Assembly (NCBI GenBank): GCA_963816355.1
Contig: CAWFKH010000006.1
Span: forward strand, 64,001-128,000
Direction of reading: 5' to 3'
DNA from: an uncultured Gemmatimonadales bacterium
Lineage (GTDB): Bacteria; Gemmatimonadota; Gemmatimonadetes; Longimicrobiales; RSA9
DNA: 64,000 nucleotides
Positions 57,216 to 64,000 of this stretch are shown piece after piece. Both the position numbers and the translations under genes were made by a program. Every line of letters starts with the position of its first letter. Position 1 is the stretch's first letter. The notes under the pieces were generated by a model that worked only from the letters and a program-made list of their open reading frames with translations, ran no database searches and had not been told where the DNA came from.

Positions 57216-58642
57216 GCCCCGCCGCCGCCGCGGCGCCGCGCGCGCGGGAGTGGCGGTCGCGCCTGCGCCGCGGCCGCCGCGCGCACCACACGCGTCCGCT
57301 GGGCGAGCGCCTCACCGACCTCTACATCCTGCTGTGGATCGTCGCGATCTACGGTGGCACGCTCGCGGTCACGCTGCGCCAGCACCTCGCCGCAACGGCC
57401 GGCGCGCCGCGCACGAACGCGGAGCGGTGGTGGCTCGGCGCGGCCGCGCTTCTCGGCGGTGGCGGGCTCGCCTGGAAGGGGCTGCGCTCGCTCGGCCCGC
57501 TCCTCGCCACGCCCGCCGAGCAGGCGTGGGGCGTCGCGACCCCGATCGAACGGCGCGCGTGGCTGCTGCCACGATTCGCGCTGCTCGTCGCGGCGAGCGC
57601 CGCGGCCGCGGGCGTGGCGGCTGGCGCGGTGGCGCTCGCGACGGTGACGGGCGGATCACCGGGGAGCGCGGTGCTCGCCGGTGCGGCGTGGGGCGCGCTT
57701 GCGGCGGCGGCCGCGGTCGTCGCGCAGCGGCCGCCGGGCGGCCGCTGGCCCGCGCTGCCGGGCGCGGCGCTGCTCGCCGCGGGTGCGGCGGCCGCGGCCG
57801 CCGTCGTCGTCGCGCACTACGGCGGCCGACTCCTGCCGACCCCGACCGCGGCGATCGGCCTCCCCACGGCGCTCGTGGGCGCGCCGCTCGCCGCGGCCGC
57901 GCTCGCGCTCGCGTCGCGCGCGCTGCCGGCTCTGGACATCGCCGCGCTGAGCGCCGGCGCGCAGCTCGCGACGGTCGCGATGACGGCGACGATCTGGGTC
58001 GACCCCGCGCTGCTGTCGCGCTTCCTGGAGGTGCGGCGGTGGCGTCGCGTGGCGCGGGTCCGAGCGCGTCCGCTGACGTCGTGGCCGGGTGGGCGTGTCC
58101 CGGCGCTGCTGTGGGTGGAGCTGCGACGCGTGGCGCGGCGGCCGTCGGCGATCGCGGTGTGGGGCGCGCTCGCGCTCGCGCAGTACGCAGTGGCGGTCGT
58201 CGCCCCGTCGGCAGCGGGCGTCACGCGGGTGATCGGCGCCTACCTCGCCGCCGGCCGCTTCGCCGGGGGGCTGCGCGTGGTCGCGCGCTCGCAGGGCCTG
58301 CGGCGCGCGCTCGGCGGCGACGAGTGGACGCTGCGGCTCTCCCACGTCGTCCTGCCCGCGCTCGCGGCGCTGCTCTGGTGGGCGGTCACGGCGCCCGCGG
58401 CCGCGGCGCTGGCCGGCGCGGCCGGCGCGGGCGGTGCGGCGGCCGGCGCCGGTGCGCTGTTGCTGCCGCTCGGCGCGGTCGCCGCCGCCTACCGCGCCGC
58501 CACCCGCGGTCCGATCTCCTACGGCAGCGCGGTGTTCGAGACGCCGTTCGGCCTCTTCCCCGTGGAACTCGTGATCTCCCTCGCGCGCGGCCCGGACCTG
58601 CTCGCGGCCGTGCTCCTGCTGCAGGTGCTCCTGACGCGCTGA
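57212..58642 (+). CDS. DUF6297-like membrane protein
   Basis: GTGA overlap; multi-TM; ETPFG...RGPD terminus. Confidence 0.7.
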   Translation: MSPAAAAAPRAREWRSRLRRGRRAHHTRPLGERLTDLYILLWIVAIYGGTLAVTLRQHLAATAGAPRTNAERWWLGAAALLGGGGLAWKGLRSLGPLLATPAEQAWGVATPIERRAWLLPRFALLVAASAAAAGVAAGAVALATVTGGSPGSAVLAGAAWGALAAAAAVVAQRPPGGRWPALPGAALLAAGAAAAAAVVVAHYGGRLLPTPTAAIGLPTALVGAPLAAAALALASRALPALDIAALSAGAQLATVAMTATIWVDPALLSRFLEVRRWRRVARVRARPLTSWPGGRVPALLWVELRRVARRPSAIAVWGALALAQYAVAVVAPSAAGVTRVIGAYLAAGRFAGGLRVVARSQGLRRALGGDEWTLRLSHVVLPALAALLWWAVTAPAAAALAGAAGAGGAAAGAGALLLPLGAVAAAYRAATRGPISYGSAVFETPFGLFPVELVISLARGPDLLAAVLLLQVLLTR

Positions 58643-58655
58643 GGCGGCGTGCGGC

Positions 58656-59105
58656 TCAGGACGGGCGCTGTGCGTGCGGCTCTTCTTCCTCGATCCGCCA
58701 GGCGGGATTCCACGCCACCTCCCACAGGTGGCCGTCCGGGTCCTGGAAGTAGCCGGCGTAGCCGCCCCAGAAGGTCGGCGCCGCCGGCTTCGTGATCCTG
58801 GCGCCGGCGCGCTCGGCGTCCCTCATCGTCGCGTCGACCTCCTTCCGGCTCGCCACGTTGTGCGCCAGCGCGAACTCTGAAGGGCTCGACGACGTGACGC
58901 CGACGCCCGCGTCCCGGGCCAGGTCGTCGCGCGCGAACAGCGCGAGCTGGACTCCGTGCTGCAGCGGGAAGAATGCGACGGCGCCGTGCTCGTACTCCGT
59001 GCCCACGACCCCCTTCGTCGCCAGGCCGAGGCCATCTCGGTAGAAGGCGACGGCGGCTTCGAGATCGTCGACGCCCAGCGTGATCACCGTGATGCGCGGC
59101 TTCAT
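58656..59105 (-). CDS. VOC/glyoxalase family protein
   Basis: ITLGVDDL..FYRDGLG, FWGGYAGYFQDPDGHLWEVAWNP. Confidence 0.93.
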   Translation of the reverse strand: MKPRITVITLGVDDLEAAVAFYRDGLGLATKGVVGTEYEHGAVAFFPLQHGVQLALFARDDLARDAGVGVTSSSPSEFALAHNVASRKEVDATMRDAERAGARITKPAAPTFWGGYAGYFQDPDGHLWEVAWNPAWRIEEEEPHAQRPS

Positions 59106-59391
59106 CGGTACGTGGCGCCCGCCGGCGCGGACCGTGCCACTCTCATCGGACGCCCTCCCGTTCGGTGCTCGGCCCGCGCTCGCGCGAAGGTCGCATCCTC
59201 GACTCCACGACACCCGCATCTGCGCACCGCCGGGCGGCCGCGTCAAGGATGCCCGGAACGGCCGCTACACGATGCGCGATCGCCGAGCGAGAGGGAGATC
59301 GCTCGCGCCGTACCGTCCGCGCGGGCGGCGCGATATTCGCAACCCTCGGCGGGCCGGGACCACGAACAGACGATCCGGAAGAGAGGGCACG

Positions 59392-60087
59392 ATGAAGATC
59401 GGCATCATCGGAGCGGGGAACATCGGGGGCACGCTGACGCGGCGGCTCACCGAGCTGGGACACGACGTCGCGGTCGCCAACTCGAGGGCTCCGGACACGC
59501 TGAGCGATCTGGCGGAGGAGACCGGCGCGACGCCGGTGTGGGCGCGCGACGCCGCACGCGCCGGCCGCGTCGTCGTCATCACGATCCCGGAGGCGGCGGT
59601 GCGCGAGCTGCCGGACGACCTCTTCGACGGCGTTGCGGACGACGTCGTCGTCGTGGACACCGGCAACTACTACCCCCGCGAGCGCGACGGCCGCATCGAG
59701 GCGATCGAGGAGGGGACGCCCGAGAGCCGCTGGGTCTCCGAGCAGATCGGACACGACGTCGTGAAGGCGTTCAACAACATCCGCGCGGGTCACCTCATGG
59801 AGATGGGCAGGCCGCTGGGAGACCCCGACCGCATCGCGCTGCCGGTCGCCGGCGACGACGAGGCGGACAAGGCGGTCGTCATGGGTCTGGTCGACGAGCT
59901 CGGCTTCGATCCGGTCGATGCCGGCGGCCTGGACGAGTCGTGGCGCCAGCAGCCGGGCACGCCCGTCTACACCGCGGACCGCGACGCGGAAGGCGTGCGA
60001 CGCGGCCTCGCCCAGGCCTCCCCCGAGCGCAAGCCGGCCTTCACCGGCACCGCCGACAGTCCCGGCGGCTCGGACGACCGCGGCTGA
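59392..60087 (+). CDS. NADPH-dependent F420 reductase family oxidoreductase
   Basis: GIIGAGNIG, DTGNYYP.RDG, VKAFNNI, SWRQQPGTP. Confidence 0.9.
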   Translation: MKIGIIGAGNIGGTLTRRLTELGHDVAVANSRAPDTLSDLAEETGATPVWARDAARAGRVVVITIPEAAVRELPDDLFDGVADDVVVVDTGNYYPRERDGRIEAIEEGTPESRWVSEQIGHDVVKAFNNIRAGHLMEMGRPLGDPDRIALPVAGDDEADKAVVMGLVDELGFDPVDAGGLDESWRQQPGTPVYTADRDAEGVRRGLAQASPERKPAFTGTADSPGGSDDRG

Positions 60088-60304
60088 ACGGCGGCGGCGG
60101 GCGGGCGGGTCGGAGCCGCCGCGGCCCGGAGCCGCACCGGCCCGACTCGGCCGCCCGCCGCCGCCGCCCTCCGCGCGCCGCCCTCCGCGCGCCGCCCTCC
60201 GCGCGCCGCCCTCCGCGCGCCGCCCTGGCTCGCCGCCCTGGCTCGACGCCTCTCGCGCGCGCATCTTCAACCGCTCCGAGCCCGCTCACGCGCCGCGCCA
60301 TGCG

Positions 60305-61426
60305 ATGATCCCCGACCCGCCCCGTTCCGACCCGCTCCCCGCGGAGCCGGCCCCGGCCGGAGCGGCCGCCACCGACGCGGTGGTCCGGCTGCCGCGCGGC
60401 GCGCGCGTCTGCATCGTGCTGTTGACCGGCGTCGGCGACGTCGTCCACGGCATGCCGATCGCCGTCGCGCTGAAGCGCCACGACCCGACCGCTCACGTGA
60501 CGTGGGTCGTGGAGCCGCCGGCGGCCGGGCTGCTCGCGCCGCACCCCGCCGTCGACGACGTCGCCGTCTTCCACCGCGCGCACGGCCTGCGCGGGCTGCG
60601 CCGCCTCGCGCGCGACATGCGCGGCCGCCGCTTCGACATCGCGTTGAACTTCAACGTCTACTCGAAGAGCGTCTTTCCGGTGCTGCTCTCGCGCGCGCCG
60701 CTGCGGCTGGGGATCGACCGGCGCCGCACGCGGGAGGGCGTGTGGCTGGCGTCGAACCGCCACCTGCCGCCGCGGCCGCACGGCAACACGCAGGACCTCT
60801 TCCTCGAGTTCGCCCCGGCGCTCGGCCTCGCCGCGGAGCCGGTCGAGTGGCGCCTCGAACCGACGCCCACAGAGCGAGAGCGCGCCGCGGCGCTGCGTGC
60901 CGGGACCGGCGGCCGCCCGCTCGCGGCCGTCGTGCCGGCGTCGAAGATCCCGACCAAGGACTGGGCCGTCGAGCAATGGGTGCCGGTGGTCGACGCCCTC
61001 GAGCGCGACTTCGGCTACCGCGTCGCGCTCGTCGGCGGGCCGGGCGCGCGCGAGGTGGAAGCGGCGCGGCGCATCACGGAGGCGGCGGCGTCGCCCCCGA
61101 TCTGGGGCCTGGCCGACGGCATCCGCGAAGTGCTGTGGCGCCTCTCCGCCGCCGACCTCGTGCTGGCGCCGGACACCGGGCCGCTGCATATGGCCCACGC
61201 CATGGACGTCCCCGTGATCGGCATCTACGGCTACACGAACCCCGCGCGCGTGGGGCCGTGGCGCCGCTACCGCGACCTCGTCGCGGACGGCTTCCACCTG
61301 CGCGGCGAGGCGCACGACGCGGTGGTCGCGGAGACGCGGCCCGGCGGTATGGAGCGGGTGAGCGTGGACATGGTGGTCGAGCGCGTCGCGCGCGCGACCG
61401 AGCGCTACGTGCGGCCGCGTTCGTAG
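60305..61426 (+). CDS. GT9 glycosyltransferase (LPS heptosyltransferase-like)
   Basis: GVGDVVH, KDW, DTGPLHMAHA. Confidence 0.9.
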   Translation: MIPDPPRSDPLPAEPAPAGAAATDAVVRLPRGARVCIVLLTGVGDVVHGMPIAVALKRHDPTAHVTWVVEPPAAGLLAPHPAVDDVAVFHRAHGLRGLRRLARDMRGRRFDIALNFNVYSKSVFPVLLSRAPLRLGIDRRRTREGVWLASNRHLPPRPHGNTQDLFLEFAPALGLAAEPVEWRLEPTPTERERAAALRAGTGGRPLAAVVPASKIPTKDWAVEQWVPVVDALERDFGYRVALVGGPGAREVEAARRITEAAASPPIWGLADGIREVLWRLSAADLVLAPDTGPLHMAHAMDVPVIGIYGYTNPARVGPWRRYRDLVADGFHLRGEAHDAVVAETRPGGMERVSVDMVVERVARATERYVRPRS

Positions 61427-61507
61427 CTCTGCGGGGCGCGGAGCGCGACTATCGCGGGCCCGCACGCTCCTCGCCCTCGGCGAAGGCGGCTCGCGTCCGC
61501 CTCCGCC

Positions 61508-63043
61508 TCAGCTCGCGATGTGGACGGTGATGTCCCGCCACTTTCCCTGCCGGAACCGCAGCACGCTGAGAATGCAGCGCACGACGTGGCCGAGCAGGAT
61601 CGCGATCCAGATGTCGATCGCGTGCAGCGCGCCCATTCGCTGCAGCGTCCAGCAGATGCCGAGCGGCACGACGAGTTGCGACACGAGCGAGATGTAGAGC
61701 GGGCTCTTCGTGTCGCCCGTGCCCTGCAGCCCGCCGGTGTAGGTGAGCGCGACGGCGATGAAGAATCCCGACAGGCTGAGCACGTGCAGCAGTTGCACGC
61801 CCAAGTGAACGACGACCGGCTCCTGCATGCCGAACACCGCGAGCAGCGCGCGCGGCGCGAGCAGGAAGAGCGCGCCGACGACGGCAGCGGCCGCGATGCC
61901 GATGCGCGCCGCCACGTGCACCGCGGCCTCGGCGCGCTCCGGTTGGCGCGCGCCCAGGTTCTGTCCCGCGACGGCGGCGGCGGCGCCCATCAGGCCGACC
62001 GACGTCCACGTCACGAACGAGAAGAGCTGCGTGTAGGAGACGGCGTACGCGGCCTGTGCGGCGGCGCTTTCGGCGAGCGAGCCGACGAAGGCGAGCAGCA
62101 GCACGCCGCCGACGTTCATCGCCACGCCCTGGATGCCGGTGGGCAGCCCGAAGCGCAGGATCTCGCGGATGATCGCCGGGTCCGGCCCGCGCCGCCCGTC
62201 GCGCGGAAAGCGCACCACCCAGCCGCCGTGCGTGAGGCGGTAGAGCGCGTAGACCGCGACGAGGCTCGCCGAGATCACCGTCCCCATCGCCGCGCCCGCG
62301 GTGCCGTATGCCGGGATCGGGCCGAGGCCGCGGATCAGGATCACGTTCAGCACAATGTTGAGCGCGGTGACCGCGACGCCGAGACGCAGTGGCGTGCGCG
62401 CGTCGCCCGCGGAGCGCAGCGCGCCGCCCAGCATGAAGAAGATGAGCGAGCCGACGCTGAAGACGAACATGATGCGCAGATACGGCAGCGCCTGCACCTG
62501 CACGGCCGGCGCGGCGTTGATCAGGTCGAGCAGCTTCGGCGCGAGCACGTAGCCAAGCGGCGCGAGCACGCCCACGCCCAGGACCAGCGACGTCAGGAAC
62601 GCCTGGTACACCGTGCGGTCCACCTTGTCGTGGTCTTCCGCCCCCGCGAAGCGCGCCACCAGCACGCTCATCCCCGTGAACAGCGACGACATGAACACGA
62701 CCACCACGAGGAAGATCTGCCAGCTCACGCCGATCGCGGCGTTCCCCGTGTAACCGACGTAGTGCCCCACCATCACGTGGTCGACGATTCCCTGCATGCC
62801 GCCGATCACGTTCTGCAGCATCGTCGGCCAGGCCAGCCGCCACACCGCCGGCGTCAGCGGCCCCTCGACGATCGAGCGGTCGTAGCGACGCGCAGCCGGT
62901 TGCGCCGCCGGGATCAGCGGCTCCGCGCCCGCGGCGGCATCGCCGGCCGCGGCGGACGACGTCGCCGGCGCGGCCGGCGCGGCCGGCGCACGGCGCGACG
63001 CGCCCGCGGCGGCCGGTCCCCGAGGGGTAGAGCGATCGGTCAT
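61508..63043 (-). CDS. MATE family efflux transporter
   Basis: LAWPTM, GDARTPL, GDTKSPL; start could be 63109. Confidence 0.92.
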   Translation of the reverse strand: MTDRSTPRGPAAAGASRRAPAAPAAPATSSAAAGDAAAGAEPLIPAAQPAARRYDRSIVEGPLTPAVWRLAWPTMLQNVIGGMQGIVDHVMVGHYVGYTGNAAIGVSWQIFLVVVVFMSSLFTGMSVLVARFAGAEDHDKVDRTVYQAFLTSLVLGVGVLAPLGYVLAPKLLDLINAAPAVQVQALPYLRIMFVFSVGSLIFFMLGGALRSAGDARTPLRLGVAVTALNIVLNVILIRGLGPIPAYGTAGAAMGTVISASLVAVYALYRLTHGGWVVRFPRDGRRGPDPAIIREILRFGLPTGIQGVAMNVGGVLLLAFVGSLAESAAAQAAYAVSYTQLFSFVTWTSVGLMGAAAAVAGQNLGARQPERAEAAVHVAARIGIAAAAVVGALFLLAPRALLAVFGMQEPVVVHLGVQLLHVLSLSGFFIAVALTYTGGLQGTGDTKSPLYISLVSQLVVPLGICWTLQRMGALHAIDIWIAILLGHVVRCILSVLRFRQGKWRDITVHIAS

Positions 63044-63254
63044 CGTCCAGGTGAGCGGTCGGTAATGAGGGTCGGGAGCGTCGGTCGTGAAGAGCGGAGG
63101 AGCCGTCACTCAGCGCGCGGTCGTCCGGGTGTCAGCGGTCGCGCATCGGCCTCAGGACGATCCCTCGTGGACAGGACGACGATCTGCCCACGTTCGGCCC
63201 GGTTCAAGGTACCTCCGGAACGGCAAAACGGAACCCCCGTGCGCCGCGCGGACG

Positions 63255-63293
63255 AAAAAAGAGACCGGCCCGACTCGCGTCGGACCGGTCTCT
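63255..63293 (-). terminator. Intrinsic terminator of the cold-shock gene
   Basis: Minus strand agagaccggtccgac-gcga-gtcgggccggtctct then T run. Confidence 0.88.
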
Positions 63294-63330
63294 CCACTTG
63301 CGGTACGCGGGCGAGCCCGCGCGTCCGGAT

Positions 63331-63540
63331 TCAGCCGAGACGGACGACGTTCTCCGCCGCCGGGCCCTTCTGGCCCTGCACGACGTCGAACTCGACACGC
63401 TCACCCTCGGCGAGGGTGCGGAAGCCGCTGCCCTGGATCGCCGAGTGATGGACGAAGCAGTCCTTCTCCCCGCTCTCCGGCGTAATGAAGCCGAAGCCCT
63501 TCTGGTCGTTGAACCACTTCACCGTTCCGGTGGTACGCAT
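63331..63540 (-). CDS. Cold-shock protein (CspA family)
   Basis: [38 protein letters not shown]. Confidence 0.97.
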   Translation of the reverse strand: MRTTGTVKWFNDQKGFGFITPESGEKDCFVHHSAIQGSGFRTLAEGERVEFDVVQGQKGPAAENVVRLG

Positions 63541-63648
63541 ACCATTCCTCCAAATGAACTTGAACCAATGTCGAGGTGCGGTATCTCCGTACCAACGGAA
63601 CATCGATCTCGCGTGGGAGACGCGCCCCACGCCACGCTCGCGGGCAAC

Positions 63649-63683
63649 AAAAAAGGACCGAGACGGCTGCGTCCAGGTCCTTT
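63649..63683 (-). terminator. Terminator-like hairpin within the csp 5' leader
   Basis: Minus strand aaaggacc..gacg-cagc-cgtc..ggtcc then T6. Confidence 0.55.
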
Positions 63684-63732
63684 GGGTAACTCTGGCCCGG
63701 AACTTCCGGGTTTGCGCTCGCGATATCTGCAT

Positions 63733-63761
63733 AGTCTAGTGGCACCTCGGCCGCCTGTCAA
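63733..63761 (-). promoter_or_regulatory. Sigma70 promoter of csp
   Basis: TTGACA-N17-TAGACT. Confidence 0.8.
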
Positions 63762-64000
63762 GGGTTTTCCCTCCGCCGCCATTCCGTTTCCCACCGGTGA
63801 TGTCGGCGGCCGAGGCCGTGTCGCCCACCGACGCGGCAGGAGCAGCGCCGGGTTTCACCCGGAGGACGCGAGGGGGAGGACGCCCGAGGAAGCGCCCTCC
63901 GCGTATGACTCATTCCGGCGAGGCAGCCACGCCGCGGGCCATCGGAAGCGCGCGCCGTCGGCCACCGCCGCCTCCGCGCCCTCCGCGCGACACGGCGAAC

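Noticed and set aside
63684..63722. c-di-GMP-I riboswitch (GCAAACCCGG...GAGTTACC on minus strand)
   Set aside because: No GNRA tetraloop and no second stem with receptor; too short

Overview
Very GC-rich bacterial chromosomal window. Gene content (tricorn protease, DUF5916 barrel, BlaI/M56 pair, GT9, ADOP-type permease remnant) points to a diderm, probably Gemmatimonadota-like organism; this is an inference. It holds about 55 CDSs for stress response, sulfur metabolism, transport and envelope functions. I found no rRNA, tRNA, CRISPR array or intact transposase. Product calls come from motif recognition only, with no database searches. The strongest signals are non-coding: (1) a complete cysteine-type ribosome-stalling attenuator (promoter, Cys-rich leader, alternative hairpins, T8 terminator) ahead of an ATP-grasp/SfnG-like operon; (2) a dispersed family of structured elements built from GAC-N13-GTC palindromes phased at 62-63 bp, one copy directly upstream of an AbiEi-DUF559 nuclease gene; (3) a second family of opposed 13-bp tandem arrays; (4) a SigH/SigR-type promoter motif defining a local ECF regulon; (5) a 110-bp MITE-like element. 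Other oddities are a prolyl oligopeptidase lacking its catalytic Ser/His, a doubly frameshifted L,D-transpeptidase and a terminator-like hairpin in the cold-shock leader.
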